Shown here piece after piece: positions 27,442 to 37,957 of a DNA stretch of 41,075 nt (positions are counted from its first letter, which is position 1; every line of letters starts with the position of its first letter). Origin of the DNA: a virus. Its lineage: Duplodnaviria > Heunggongvirae > Uroviricota > Caudoviricetes. Under the pieces are notes generated by a model. It did not search any database and had not been told where the DNA came from. It worked only from the letters and a program-made list of their open reading frames with translations. The translations under genes and the position numbers were made by a program. The stretch is taken from the IMG/VR virus record IMGVR_UViG_2917393062_000004, one strand, 5' to 3'.

Positions 27442-28921
27442 CACCATTCCGTCGAATACGCTGGTTCCGTTGTTTTATGCGGAAATGGATAACCAGGCGG
27501 CGAATACTGCACAGGACAGCGGAGCATCGCTGCTGATTGGTCATGCCAATAACGGTGCAGAGATTGTTGCCAACAGTCTGGTACTGATGCCGTCGGCAGA
27601 CTATGCACGCCTGATTTGTGGTGCGGGAAGTCAGCTGGCGCGTATGGTCGAGGCTTATCGCCAGACTGACCCGTTTGGCGAGCTGTATGTGATTGCCGTT
27701 CCTGAATCCACAGGCGCGGCGGCAACGGTTACGCTGACGGTGACCGGGGCGGCAACCGAAACCGGCACGGTGAATGTGTATGTGGGACGTACCCGCGTGC
27801 AGGCACCGGTGACCAATGGCGATAACGTCACGACGATTGCCAGCAGTATCCAGGATGCCATCAATGCCGTTCCGACCCTGCCGTTTACGGCCTCATCTTC
27901 GGCAGGCGTGGTCACACTGACCGCGCGTCATAAGGGGCTTTGCGGGAATGAAATTCCTGTCAGCCTCAATTACTACGGCTTTGGTGGGGGCGAAGTGCTG
28001 CCAGCGGGCGTACAGATTGCTGTGGCGACGGGTACCGCCGGAACGGGCGCTCCTGTTCTCACCGGTGCGGTGGCTGCAATGGCGGATGAGCCGTTTGATT
28101 ATATCGGTCTGCCGTTCAACGACACGGCCTCCGTTAACACGCTGGTGACCGAGATGAACGATACCAGCGGTCGCTGGAGCTATGCGCGTCAGCTGTATGG
28201 TCATGTGTATACGGCAAAGACCGGCACGCTGTCAGAACTGGTGACCGCAGGTGACCAGTTTAACCAGCAGCACATTACCCTGGCGGGGTACGAAAAAGAA
28301 ACCCAGACACCTGCCGACGAGCTGGCGGCAAGCCGTACCGCCCGCGCAGCGGTGTTTATCCGCAACGATCCGGCACGTCCCACGCAGACCGGTGAGCTGG
28401 TGGGTATGCTGCCTGCGCCGAAGGGGAAACGGTTCACGATGACAGAACAACAGACCCTGCTGTCTCATGGCGTGGCAACGGCGTATGTCGAAAGTGGGGT
28501 ACTGCGCATTCAGCGTGATGTCACCACGTACAGGAAAAACGCTTACGGGGTTGCGGATAACAGCTACCTCGACAGCGAGACGCTGCATACCAGTGCGTAT
28601 GTACTGCGCAAACTGAAATCCGTCATTACCAGTAAGTACGGGCGTCACAAGCTTGCCAGCGACGGTACCCGCTTTGGTCCCGGTCAGGCGATTGTCACCC
28701 CGGCGGTGATCAAAGGGGAACTGCTGGCAACCTACCGTCAGCTCGAGCGTGCGGGCATCGTGGAAAACTACGAACTCTTTAAGCAGTACCTGGTTGTGGA
28801 GCGTGATGCCAGCGATCCAAATCGCCTGAACACGCTGTTCCCACCTGACTATGTTAACCAGCTGCGTGTCTTTGCCGTGGTTAACCAGTTCCGTCTTCAG
28901 TATTCAGAGGAGTCCGCATAA
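27425..28921 (+). CDS. Tail sheath protein (Mu gpL-like)
   Basis: 498-aa ORF followed by tube, chaperone with frameshift, and tape measure. Confidence 0.8.
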   Translation: MTISFNTIPSNTLVPLFYAEMDNQAANTAQDSGASLLIGHANNGAEIVANSLVLMPSADYARLICGAGSQLARMVEAYRQTDPFGELYVIAVPESTGAAATVTLTVTGAATETGTVNVYVGRTRVQAPVTNGDNVTTIASSIQDAINAVPTLPFTASSSAGVVTLTARHKGLCGNEIPVSLNYYGFGGGEVLPAGVQIAVATGTAGTGAPVLTGAVAAMADEPFDYIGLPFNDTASVNTLVTEMNDTSGRWSYARQLYGHVYTAKTGTLSELVTAGDQFNQQHITLAGYEKETQTPADELAASRTARAAVFIRNDPARPTQTGELVGMLPAPKGKRFTMTEQQTLLSHGVATAYVESGVLRIQRDVTTYRKNAYGVADNSYLDSETLHTSAYVLRKLKSVITSKYGRHKLASDGTRFGPGQAIVTPAVIKGELLATYRQLERAGIVENYELFKQYLVVERDASDPNRLNTLFPPDYVNQLRVFAVVNQFRLQYSEESA

Positions 28922-29277
28922 TGGCCCGTATCGGGGGAACCTGTTATTTCAAAATTGACGGTCAGCAGCTATCGCTGACCGGCGGCATTGAGGTGCCCAT
29001 GAACAAAACGGTTAATGATGACATCATCGGTCTGGACGGTTCAGTGGACCGCAAGGAAACTCACCGTGCACCTTATGTCAAAGGGACCTTCAAGGTACCG
29101 AAGAATTTTCCGGTGAGCAAAATCACCTCGTCTGATGAGATGACCATCACTGCCGAGCTGGCGAACGGTCAGGTCTATGTATTGTCGTCCGCCTGGCTGC
29201 ACGGCGAAGCGAACCATAATGCCGAAGAAGGCACGGTTGATCTTGAGTTCCACGGTGAAGAAGGGGATTACCAGTAA
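28921..29277 (+). CDS. Tail tube protein (Mu gpM-like)
   Basis: 118-aa ORF directly after sheath. Confidence 0.75.
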   Translation: MARIGGTCYFKIDGQQLSLTGGIEVPMNKTVNDDIIGLDGSVDRKETHRAPYVKGTFKVPKNFPVSKITSSDEMTITAELANGQVYVLSSAWLHGEANHNAEEGTVDLEFHGEEGDYQ

Positions 29278-29546
29278 TGAAAGAGCTTGAGTTAAAGAAA
29301 CCGATTATCGCTCATGGTGAGACACTCTCCGTACTGGAGTTTGATGAACCCACCGGGAAGGATGTCCGCGAGCTGGGGTATCCCTACCAGATGAATCAGG
29401 ATGAGTCCGTCAGACTTCTGGCGCATGTGGTGTCGAAATACATTGTGCGGCTGGCGAAAGTGCCGCAAAGCTCTGTCGACCAGATGTCTCCGGCAGACCT
29501 GAATGCAGCGGCGTGGCTTGTGGCTGGTTTTTTCCTCCAGGCCTGA
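29277..29546 (+). CDS. Tail assembly chaperone (short form); long form by -1 frameshift extends to 29695
   Basis: 89-aa ORF followed by an overlapping -1 frame ORF (29513-29695) and slippery heptamer T_TTT_TTC. Confidence 0.75.
   Translation: MKELELKKPIIAHGETLSVLEFDEPTGKDVRELGYPYQMNQDESVRLLAHVVSKYIVRLAKVPQSSVDQMSPADLNAAAWLVAGFFLQA
29528..29534 (+). promoter_or_regulatory. Programmed -1 ribosomal frameshift slippery site (T_TTT_TTC)
   Basis: Heptamer in correct register in the chaperone 0 frame; downstream -1 frame open to 29695, ending just after the tape measure start. Confidence 0.7.
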
Positions 29547-29687
29547 CGGCTGAATACCTCACTGATCGCTTCTTTGACTGCGCCAGCTACTGGCGCATTA
29601 ATCCCTTCGAATTGCTGAATATGCCGATCAGTGAAATTCCCTTGCTGGTCAGTCAGGCAAACAGGATAGAGCAGGAGAAACGCACAC

Positions 29688-31520
29688 ATGGCTGAATTTG
29701 AGCTTAAGGCGTTGATCACCGGTGTCGACAGGCTTTCACCCGCGCTGTCGAAAATGCAAAAGAAAATCCGGGGATTTAAACGCCAGGCGGAAGAAGCGTC
29801 ACAGGGTGGGCTGGCGCTTGGTGGAGGACTGGCAGCGGGGCTGACGCTTTCCCTGAAATCTTATGCCGATCAGGAAAACGCCGCCACCGGGCTGAAAGTC
29901 GCCATGATGGATGCGAATGGCGAGGTTGGAAAGAGCTTTCAGGACATCAATAAACTGGCTATTGGCCTGGGTAACCAGCTTCCCGGTACAACGGCTGATT
30001 TCCAGAACATGATGCAGATGCTGGTGCGTCAGGGGATCCCGGCAGAAAACATTCTGGGTGGTGTGGGTAAAGCGACAGCTTATCTTGCGGTACAACTGAA
30101 AAAAACACCGGAAGCGGCTGCTGAGTTTGCTGCAAAGATGCAGGATGCTACCGGAACGGCGTCAGAAGACATGATGGGGCTGTTCGACACTATCCAGAAG
30201 GCGTTTTATCTGGGCGTTGACGATACCAACATGTTGTCCTTCTTCACTAAAACCAGCTCTGTTCTGAAGATGGTGAATAAGGACGGTCTTCAGGCTGCAC
30301 AGAGTCTTGCCCCCATCAGTGTCATGATGGATCAGATGGGGATGAACGGGGAGTCGGCAGGTAATGCCCTGCGAAAAGTTATCCAGTCCGGATTAAGCGT
30401 TAAGAAAATCAGGGACGTCAATAAAATCATGGCCCGCCAGAAACTCGGGGTACAGCTCGATTTTACTGATGGCAAAGGGAGTTTTGGCGGTCTTGATAAC
30501 ATGTTTAAGCAACTGGCAAAGCTGCGAAAACTGACCGACGTTAAGCGAACAGGTGTACTTAAGGCAATATTTGGTGATGATGCCGAAACCCTTCAGGTGG
30601 TCAATGCTCTGATCGATAAAGGAAAGGATGGTTACGATCAGATCCAGCAGAAGATGAATAAACAGGCCAGCCTGAATAAACGTGTTCAGGCACAGCTTGG
30701 TACGCTGTCCAACCTGTGGGAGGCAATGACGGGGACCGCAACTAACGGTCTTGCAGCTATTGGCGGCGCATTTTCTGGTGACGCTAAAAATATCACGCAA
30801 TGGCTGGGGGAGTTGGGGGAAAAATTCACGAAGTTTGCGGATGAAAATCCCCGGGTTATTCGCGGCGTCGTCGGGCTTGCTGCCGGTCTTGCGATTCTGA
30901 AACTGGGATGGATGGGCGTGGGCAGTGCCATCAGTATTGTCAGCAGGATCATGTCGATGACGCCGATTGGCATGATTGCGACGGCGATTGCTCTGGCTGC
31001 GGGATTAATTATCACTAACTGGGATGTTGTCGGACCTTATTTCAAGAAGCTCTGGGAAACCATTGGTCCTTATTTTGAGGCTGGCCGGGAACTTCTGAAG
31101 AAGGTTTTTGCCTGGTCGCCGCTGGGGATGGTGATCAATAACTGGGGACCGGTTGTTAAGTGGTTTCAGGATATGTGGGATAAGCTGAAGCCGATTATTG
31201 AATGGTTTACCGACAGTTCCGGTGACACGGACGATACCATTAACTCGGCGCAGTGGGGCGCGGGTGCTTATGATGCTTATGGGACGGGAATACCGGCACG
31301 GGGATACACTCCTTATCCGGCGGTGGATCCGGCTCAGGCAAACAACGCCTCCGATGCCACAGGCTCGAATCCCTTCATGATTAATAAAGCTACCGCGCCA
31401 AAAGTTGATGGTGAGATCAAGGTATCATTTATAAATATGCCACCAGGTATGCGGGTTACGGAAACACGCTCCAGTGGCATTGATATAAATCACGATGTTG
31501 GCTATACCCGATTTTGGTAG
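29688..31520 (+). CDS. Tail tape measure protein
   Basis: 610-aa ORF with Gly/Ala-rich hydrophobic segments; position after chaperone. Confidence 0.85.
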   Translation: MAEFELKALITGVDRLSPALSKMQKKIRGFKRQAEEASQGGLALGGGLAAGLTLSLKSYADQENAATGLKVAMMDANGEVGKSFQDINKLAIGLGNQLPGTTADFQNMMQMLVRQGIPAENILGGVGKATAYLAVQLKKTPEAAAEFAAKMQDATGTASEDMMGLFDTIQKAFYLGVDDTNMLSFFTKTSSVLKMVNKDGLQAAQSLAPISVMMDQMGMNGESAGNALRKVIQSGLSVKKIRDVNKIMARQKLGVQLDFTDGKGSFGGLDNMFKQLAKLRKLTDVKRTGVLKAIFGDDAETLQVVNALIDKGKDGYDQIQQKMNKQASLNKRVQAQLGTLSNLWEAMTGTATNGLAAIGGAFSGDAKNITQWLGELGEKFTKFADENPRVIRGVVGLAAGLAILKLGWMGVGSAISIVSRIMSMTPIGMIATAIALAAGLIITNWDVVGPYFKKLWETIGPYFEAGRELLKKVFAWSPLGMVINNWGPVVKWFQDMWDKLKPIIEWFTDSSGDTDDTINSAQWGAGAYDAYGTGIPARGYTPYPAVDPAQANNASDATGSNPFMINKATAPKVDGEIKVSFINMPPGMRVTETRSSGIDINHDVGYTRFW

Positions 31521-31548
31521 GCAGGATTCCCCTCACATGTATTGCTGG

Positions 31549-31576
31549 TTGTAAGTCATAAATAGAGTGATAGAAT
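31549..31576 (+). promoter_or_regulatory. Candidate sigma70 promoter with extended -10 for the tail-module moron
   Basis: -35 TTGTAA, 16-bp spacer, TGaTAGAAT extended -10 about 35 nt before the ATG. Confidence 0.4.
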
Positions 31577-31611
31577 TAATGCACATTTAGAAAAATGTTA
31601 ATAGGCGAAAA

Positions 31612-32142
31612 ATGAAAGGCTATATCACAGCAAGTGTAATTCTTGGAGCAGCGGCTATTTTTTCATCTCTCATAATCTCTGGCAACATCTCCTTTAAAGA
31701 TGAACATATTATTCAGTTATCTGGAGGAGCCATAAAACTTGGTGATGTTTATAAAGAAAATAAATTGATAAGTGCAAAGATTATTTTTCCAGATAATCAG
31801 GGTGAACAGATTCTTGTTGTCGACGGCAATCCTGAAAACTTTAAGGAGGATTTTCAGGAGAAATTAAATAAAGTAATAAAAACTTTAAATGCGTCAAAGA
31901 AAAAAGATGAAGAGAAAGTTAGCCTGGATAATTTAAGTGTTATTGAAGAGTCTAAACTAGAGCTCGTTTCTGCGGTGCGTTACTCTGCTCAGTATGTTCC
32001 TATGTTTACTCTGACGCTGGACAAAAAAGAAATTACCATGCCTAAAAATACGGTAATATTTCCATTTGCCAGCGATGAAACAGCTAAGTATTTAAATGAA
32101 CAACAGCAAAAGTATAAAGATTCGTTGTTTCTGACTCGCTAA
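31612..32142 (+). CDS. AT-rich moron: exported/membrane-anchored hypothetical protein (176 aa)
   Basis: N-terminal signal/TM segment (ITASVILGAAAIFSSLIISG); GC about 30 percent; own promoter and strong terminator; between tape measure and baseplate genes. Confidence 0.65.
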   Translation: MKGYITASVILGAAAIFSSLIISGNISFKDEHIIQLSGGAIKLGDVYKENKLISAKIIFPDNQGEQILVVDGNPENFKEDFQEKLNKVIKTLNASKKKDEEKVSLDNLSVIEESKLELVSAVRYSAQYVPMFTLTLDKKEITMPKNTVIFPFASDETAKYLNEQQQKYKDSLFLTR

Positions 32143-32159
32143 TTAATAAAATTCATTAC

Positions 32160-32190
32160 AAGGCCACCTTCTAATAGGTGGCTTTTTTAT
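32160..32190 (+). terminator. Intrinsic terminator of the moron
   Basis: AAGGCCACC-TTCTAATA-GGTGGCTT followed by TTTTTT. Confidence 0.8.
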
Positions 32191-32203
32191 TTTCGGAGTG
32201 TAT

Positions 32204-33532
32204 ATGACGTGGAAAGACAGGCTTCAGGATGCGTCATTTCGAGGTGTGCCGTTTAAGGTTGAAGAAGAAAGTGCGGGAACCGGTCGCCGTGTGGAAACAC
32301 ATGAATACCCGAACCGCGACAAGCCCTATACCGAAGATCTGGGAAAAGTCACTTTCCGCCCGTCCATCACAGCTTATGTGGTGGGAGATGACTGCTTTGA
32401 CCAGCGCGATCGCCTGATTGAAGCGCTGAATAAACCAGGTCCCGGCACGCTTGTCCACCCGACATATGGTGAGCTGAAAGTCTGTGTTGACGGGGAAGTT
32501 CGGGTCAGCACATCGAAAAGTGAAGGGCGTATTGTCCGCTTTGACCTGAAGTTTGTCGAAGCGGGAGAACTCTCTTACCCCACATCAGGCGTGGCGACGG
32601 CGCAGACGCTGATGTCATCCTGTTCTGCACTGGATGACTGCATCAGTGACAGCTTCAGCGGTTTCAGTATCGATGGCGTGGCGGATTTTGTGCAGAACGA
32701 CGTTATCGGTAATGCCAGCACAATGCTTGGGTATGTTTCTGATGCGATGAAAGTGGTGGATTCTGCTGTATCGGATGCCGCCAGGCTGTTGCAGGGGGAT
32801 ATCTCGGTACTTATGCCGCCGCCATCGTCAGGAAAAAATTTCGTTGAGCAGGTGCAGAAAATGTGGCGTACCGGGAAACGCCTTTATGGTAACGCCAGCG
32901 ACCTGGTCACCATGATCAAAACGCTTTCTGGTGTCAGCCTCGGCAGCGATTTGCAACCGCGCGGCGTCTGGAAAACGGACAGTAAAACCACCGCCACAGC
33001 GACGCAGCAGCGTAACATGGTTGCCAGCACCCTTCGTACGACTGCAATCAGCGAAGCGGCGTATGCCGTTACCCGATTGCCTGCGCCAACAACTTCTGCG
33101 GTGATGCAGAATGCCGCAGTGGGGCAGTCAACAACACCCGCGCAGAGCTCCGGCTGGCCTGCCGTCACGCATCCGGTGCTGAACAATGCACCGGCGGTGA
33201 AAAACACGGTTGACCTGCCAACGTGGGAAGAACTGACCGACATTCGCGACACACTGAATACGGCAATTGATAAGGAGTTGTCCCGTACAACCAGTGATGC
33301 GCTGTTTCTGGCGCTGCGCCGGGTGAAAGCAGATCTGAATGCGGATATCAACACGCGCCTTGAACAGTCTGCTCGGATCATTCAGCGCACGCCGGATGAG
33401 GTTTTACCCGCGCTGGTGCTGGCGGCGACTTGGTTTGATAACGCGGCGCGTGACGCGGACATTATCCGGCGTAATGCCATTACGCATCCCGGCTTTGTGC
33501 CGGTGATCCCTCTGAAGGTGCCAGTGCAATGA
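32204..33532 (+). CDS. DNA circulation protein (Mu gpN-like)
   Basis: N-terminal MTWKDRLQDASFRGVPF recalled as Mu N family signature; GGAG RBS before ATG at 32204. Confidence 0.75.
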   Translation: MTWKDRLQDASFRGVPFKVEEESAGTGRRVETHEYPNRDKPYTEDLGKVTFRPSITAYVVGDDCFDQRDRLIEALNKPGPGTLVHPTYGELKVCVDGEVRVSTSKSEGRIVRFDLKFVEAGELSYPTSGVATAQTLMSSCSALDDCISDSFSGFSIDGVADFVQNDVIGNASTMLGYVSDAMKVVDSAVSDAARLLQGDISVLMPPPSSGKNFVEQVQKMWRTGKRLYGNASDLVTMIKTLSGVSLGSDLQPRGVWKTDSKTTATATQQRNMVASTLRTTAISEAAYAVTRLPAPTTSAVMQNAAVGQSTTPAQSSGWPAVTHPVLNNAPAVKNTVDLPTWEELTDIRDTLNTAIDKELSRTTSDALFLALRRVKADLNADINTRLEQSARIIQRTPDEVLPALVLAATWFDNAARDADIIRRNAITHPGFVPVIPLKVPVQ

Positions 33533-34608
33533 ACGACAATGTCACGCTACGGGTAAATGGCCGGGAGTGGAATGGCTGGACATCGGTGCGCATCGGTGCC
33601 GGTATTGAACGGCTGGCGCGGGATTTCAGTGTGGAGATCACCCGCCAGTGGCCGGGAGATGAGGGTATCACCACGCTTCAGCCGCGCATTAAAAACGGTT
33701 CAAAAGTGGAAGTGCTGATTGGTGATGAGCTGGTGATCACCGGCTGGGTGGAGGCGACTCCCGTTCGTTACGATGCCCGTTCGGTCAGCACCGGTATTGC
33801 CGGACGTAGTCTGACCGCTGACCTGATTGACTGTGCAGCCGAACCGACACAGTTTAACGGACGATCGCTGGTACAGATTGCGCAGGCGCTTGCTGCGCCT
33901 TTCGGCATTGAGGTGGTGAACAACGGTGCGCCGTCGGGCGTTATTCCTGATGTCCAGCCTGATCACGGCGAAACGGTGATTGAGGTGATCAACAAAATAC
34001 TCGGTCAGCAGCAGGCACTGGCTTACGACGACCCGCACGGCAGGCTGGTGATTGGCGGTATTGGCTCAACGCGGGCACATACCGCGCTGGTACTCGGGGA
34101 AAACATCCTTTCCTGCGATACGGAGAAGAGTATCCGGGAGCGGTTTTCTGTTTACCAGGTGGCGGGGCAGCGTGCCGGAAACGACGATGATTTCGGTGAG
34201 GCCACCACCACCGCGCTGCGGGCCCGCACAGAGGACGCATTTATTTCCCGTTACCGTCCGATGTATATCAGGCAGACAGGGCAGGCCACGGGGGCAGGCT
34301 GTATTGCCCGTGCTGACTTTGAAGCCCGACAACGGGCGGCGCGGACGGATGAAACCACCTATGTGGTGCAGGGCTGGCGACAGGGTAACGGTACGCTGTG
34401 GCAGCCCAACCAGCGGGTGATTGTCTTCGATCCGGTCTGTGGTTTCGACAATACCGAACTGCTTGTCTCGGAAGTCACGTTTACTCAGGACCAGAACGGC
34501 ACCCTGACGGAAATCCGTGTCGGCCCACCTGATGCTTATCTGCCTGAACCCGAAGCCCCCGGCGCGCGGAAAAAGAAAAAAGCCAGAGTACAGGAGGACC
34601 CGTTCTGA
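33529..34608 (+). CDS. Baseplate hub protein (Mu gpP-like)
   Basis: 359-aa ORF at the conserved position after N. Confidence 0.7.
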   Translation: MNDNVTLRVNGREWNGWTSVRIGAGIERLARDFSVEITRQWPGDEGITTLQPRIKNGSKVEVLIGDELVITGWVEATPVRYDARSVSTGIAGRSLTADLIDCAAEPTQFNGRSLVQIAQALAAPFGIEVVNNGAPSGVIPDVQPDHGETVIEVINKILGQQQALAYDDPHGRLVIGGIGSTRAHTALVLGENILSCDTEKSIRERFSVYQVAGQRAGNDDDFGEATTTALRARTEDAFISRYRPMYIRQTGQATGAGCIARADFEARQRAARTDETTYVVQGWRQGNGTLWQPNQRVIVFDPVCGFDNTELLVSEVTFTQDQNGTLTEIRVGPPDAYLPEPEAPGARKKKKARVQEDPF

Positions 34609-35156
34609 TGAGTACGATTGAAGCCATGCAGCGACAACTCCTCGGCCTGATTGGGCGGGCCGTGGTGAAAAGCATCAGTGCCGCCACGAAATGTCAGACC
34701 GTGGATGTGTCCCTGATTGCCGGTGAACCCAAAGCCGGGGTTGAACATCTTGAACCCTACGGTTTTACCGCAAGGGCAAACAGCGGTGCGGAAGCGGTGG
34801 TGTTGTTTCCGGATGGCGACCGTTCTCATGCGGTGGTTGTTACGGTGTCGGACCGGCGCTACCGCCTGAAAGGGCTGCAGACGGGTGAGGTGGCTGTCTA
34901 TGACGATCAGGGGCAGTCCGTGACGCTGACCCGGGAGGGGATCGTGGTGGACGGTGCAGGTAAAACGATCACGTTTTGCAATTCACCTAAAGCACGTTTT
35001 GAAATGGACCTTGAAGTGACCGGACAGGTGAAAGACCTGTGCGACTCCGGCGGCACCACCATGTCAGCGATGCGGCTTGCCTATAACGGGCATCGTCACA
35101 GAGAGAACGGTCAGGGCAGTAACACCGACAAACCTGATAAAGCGATGGAGGCATGA
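34608..35156 (+). CDS. Baseplate spike/assembly protein (Mu gp45 / V-like)
   Basis: 182-aa ORF; conserved order. Confidence 0.65.
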   Translation: MSTIEAMQRQLLGLIGRAVVKSISAATKCQTVDVSLIAGEPKAGVEHLEPYGFTARANSGAEAVVLFPDGDRSHAVVVTVSDRRYRLKGLQTGEVAVYDDQGQSVTLTREGIVVDGAGKTITFCNSPKARFEMDLEVTGQVKDLCDSGGTTMSAMRLAYNGHRHRENGQGSNTDKPDKAMEA

Positions 35157-35582
35157 TGGAACTGTGGCTGACGGTGAACGGTAAACGCACCTGCGCCAGC
35201 GCACCGCTGGATCCGCTGACCCGCGCCGTGGTGATTTCCCTGTTTACCTGGCGGCGGGCGGAGCCTGATGACAATGCCGACGTCCCGATGGGATGGTGGG
35301 GGGATACCTGGCCTGCGGTGACAGAATGACCGTTACGGCTCCCGACTGTGGCTGCTTCAGCGCAGCAAACTGACCAATCAACTGGTGCAGACGGTAAGGG
35401 GGTATATCCGCGAATGCCTGCAATGGATGATTGATGACGGCGTGGTGTCCCGTATTGATCTGGATATCCGCCGCACCGGGATTAATGAACTGGGTAACAG
35501 TATCACTCTCTGGCGTCGTGACGGACCGGTAATGATTTCTTTTGATTATCTGTGGAGTGCGATAACGCATGGCGGACAGTGA
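35156..35582 (+). pseudogene. Baseplate gp46-like gene split by a frameshift (N-part 35156-35329, C-part in another frame to 35582)
   Basis: N-part carries SLFTWRRAE...GWWGD, C-part carries GSRLWLL...[10 protein letters not shown]...FDYLWSA; frames can only be joined within about 35322-35326. Confidence 0.6.
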
Positions 35583-36627
35583 ATTTCAGCGCCCGACGCT
35601 GGCAGAAAATATCAGTATGCTCCGTAACGATTTATTCGCCAGGCTGGACGTCAGCGACACGCTCCGGCGCATGGATGAAGACGTGCGGGCAAAGGTGTAT
35701 GCGGCGGCGCTGCATACGGTTTACGGGTACATCGATTATCTGGCAATGAACATGCTGCCTGACCTGTGCGATGAGTCCTGGCTGGCGCGACATGCTGCGA
35801 TGAAACGGTGTCCGCGCAAGGGGGCCACGGCTGCCAGCGGGTATATGCGCTGGGAAGGTGTCAGCGATGGCCTGAAGGTGACCGCCGGAAGTGTTATTCA
35901 GCGCGATGACCTGGTTCAGTACACGGCAACTGCCGATGCAACCAGCACCGGTGGTGTCCTGCGCGTGCCGATCGCCTGCTCAAGTGCAGGCGCGGTCGGT
36001 AACGCTGACGACGGTACGTCATTAATCCTGGTCACGCCGGTTAATGGTCTGCCGTCTTCCGGCGAGGCAGATACCCTGACAGGTGGATTTGATACTGAAG
36101 AGCTGGAAACGTGGCGCGCCCGCGTCATTGAGCGGTATTACTGGACGCCTCAGGGCGGGGCTGACGGGGACTATGTCGTCTGGGCTAAAGAAGTGCCCGG
36201 CATTACCCGCGCATGGACATACCGACACTGGATGGGAACGGGGACTGTCGGTGTGATGATTGCCAGCAGTGACCTGATTAACCCCATTCCGGAAGAATCA
36301 ACGGAAACGGCGGCAAGACAACATATCGAGCCACTGGCCCCGGTGGCAGGCTCTGATTTGTATGTATTCAGGCCGGTGGCGCACAAAGTGGATTTTCATA
36401 TCCGCGTGACGCCGGACACACCGGAAATACGGGCTGCCATCACCGCGGAGTTGCGTTCATTCCTGCTGCGTGATGGTTATCCGCAGGGAGAGCTTAAGGT
36501 ATCGCGTATCAGTGAAGCGATTTCCGGTGCGAACGGGGAATACAGCCATCAGTTGCTTGCTCCGGCGGACAATATCTCCATTGCAAAAAATGAACTGGCG
36601 GTACTGGGGACGATTTCATGGACGTGA
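35569..36627 (+). CDS. Baseplate J-like protein (Mu gp47-like)
   Basis: 352-aa ORF; conserved order. Confidence 0.75.
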   Translation: MADSEFQRPTLAENISMLRNDLFARLDVSDTLRRMDEDVRAKVYAAALHTVYGYIDYLAMNMLPDLCDESWLARHAAMKRCPRKGATAASGYMRWEGVSDGLKVTAGSVIQRDDLVQYTATADATSTGGVLRVPIACSSAGAVGNADDGTSLILVTPVNGLPSSGEADTLTGGFDTEELETWRARVIERYYWTPQGGADGDYVVWAKEVPGITRAWTYRHWMGTGTVGVMIASSDLINPIPEESTETAARQHIEPLAPVAGSDLYVFRPVAHKVDFHIRVTPDTPEIRAAITAELRSFLLRDGYPQGELKVSRISEAISGANGEYSHQLLAPADNISIAKNELAVLGTISWT

Positions 36628-37208
36628 CAAACGATGATTACATCCGCCTGTTATCGGCACTGTTGCCGCCCGGTCCGGCGTGGTCAGCCAGCGATCCGGC
36701 GATTGCCGGTGCGGCACCGTCATTAACCCGTGTTCATCAGCGTGCGGATGCCCTGATGCGGGAGCTGGATCCGCGCACCACCACTGAACTGATAAACCGC
36801 TGGGAGCGTCTGTGCGGTCTGCCGGATGAATGTATTCCGGCGGGAACGCAGACCCTTCGCCAGCGTCAGCAACGGCTGGATGCGAAGGTTAACCTGGCGG
36901 GCGGCATCAACGAGGATTTTTATCTTGCACAGCTTGCTGCCCTGGGCAGACCAGATGCCACCATCACGCGATACGACAAAAGCACGTTCACCTGCTCATC
37001 GGCCTGTACTGACGCGGTGAATGCGCCGGAATGGCGGTATTACTGGCAGGTCAACATGCCAACCACCACCAACACCAACACCACCTGGATGACATGTGGC
37101 GATCCCTGTGATTCCGCACTGCGTATCTGGGGTGACACCGTTGTCGAGTGTGTGCTTAACAAACTCTGCCCGTCGCATACCTACGTAATTTTTAAATATC
37201 CGGAGTAA
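36618..37208 (+). CDS. Tail protein gp48-like (DUF2313 / YmfQ-like)
   Basis: 196-aa ORF directly preceding the tail fibre gene. Confidence 0.65.
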   Translation: MDVTNDDYIRLLSALLPPGPAWSASDPAIAGAAPSLTRVHQRADALMRELDPRTTTELINRWERLCGLPDECIPAGTQTLRQRQQRLDAKVNLAGGINEDFYLAQLAALGRPDATITRYDKSTFTCSSACTDAVNAPEWRYYWQVNMPTTTNTNTTWMTCGDPCDSALRIWGDTVVECVLNKLCPSHTYVIFKYPE

Positions 37209-37211
37209 TCC

Positions 37212-37955
37212 ATGCATCGTATAGACACGAAAACCGCGCAGAAGGATAAGTTCGGCGCGGGTAAGAACGGTTTTACCCGTGGTAACCCCCAGACTGGCAC
37301 GCCTGCCACCGATCTGGATGATGACTACTTTGATATGTTGCAGGAAGAACTCTGCAGCGTGGTGGAGGCATCCGGTGCCAGCCTGGAGAAGGCGCGGCAC
37401 GACCAGTTGCTTACCGCGCTTCGTGCGCTGCTGTTAAGCCGCAAGAATCCGTTTGGCGATATCAAATCGGATGGCACGGTGAAAACGGCTCTCGAAAACC
37501 TTGGTTTGGGAGAAGCGGCAAAACGGAATGTGGGCAACGGGGAAAACCAAATCCCTGATATGTCTTTCTGGACGGTTACTGGTGGCAATGGAAATTTTGT
37601 GATTCGTCAACCTGACGGGCTAATCACTCAGATGGTTACTGTAAGTATAAGCGGTCCAGTGGCGATGAATGGAATGACTGATAATGCTTATGCCATTACA
37701 GGTTCTAATAAGTCTTATATTGCCACAGCCACATTGCCCTTTGTATTTCCTAATAAGGTGCTGGGCGTTATCCCTCTGGTATCAACAACAACCTATGGTG
37801 GTGTATCCAGTAATATTACAGGTTCATACGCGACGGCGGTTTGTTCTTTTGCCGCTGTCCGGGGGAATAATACGATTGTATTCAAAGTCGACAAACCACT
37901 GAATGCAGCCTTTCCTTCAGATACCAGCGTCTCAGCGTTAATCATTGGACGGTAA
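37212..37955 (+). CDS. Tail fibre protein: constant N-terminal part plus currently expressed variable C-terminal part
   Basis: N-terminus MHRID...[21 protein letters not shown] typical of Mu S/P2 H-type fibres; crossover site inside the gene at about 37490-37515. Confidence 0.8.
   Translation: MHRIDTKTAQKDKFGAGKNGFTRGNPQTGTPATDLDDDYFDMLQEELCSVVEASGASLEKARHDQLLTALRALLLSRKNPFGDIKSDGTVKTALENLGLGEAAKRNVGNGENQIPDMSFWTVTGGNGNFVIRQPDGLITQMVTVSISGPVAMNGMTDNAYAITGSNKSYIATATLPFVFPNKVLGVIPLVSTTTYGGVSSNITGSYATAVCSFAAVRGNNTIVFKVDKPLNAAFPSDTSVSALIIGR
37490..37515. repeat. Left crossover site of invertible segment (gix/pix/hix-like)
   Basis: ctctcgaaaaccttggtttgggagaa; 21/26 identical to the reverse complement of the right site, including a perfect GGTTTGGGAGAA core. 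Confidence 0.7.
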
Positions 37956-37957
37956 TA

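Noticed and set aside
19994-28650. Numerous antisense or alternative-frame ORFs of 60-200 aa inside terminase, portal, capsid, sheath and other late genes (for example 19994-20434 -, 22167-22742 -, 23933-24367 -, 26648-27238 -, 28232-28648 -)
   Set aside because: They lie entirely within well-supported structural genes on the opposite strand or in another frame, and have biased amino-acid composition typical of shadow ORFs.
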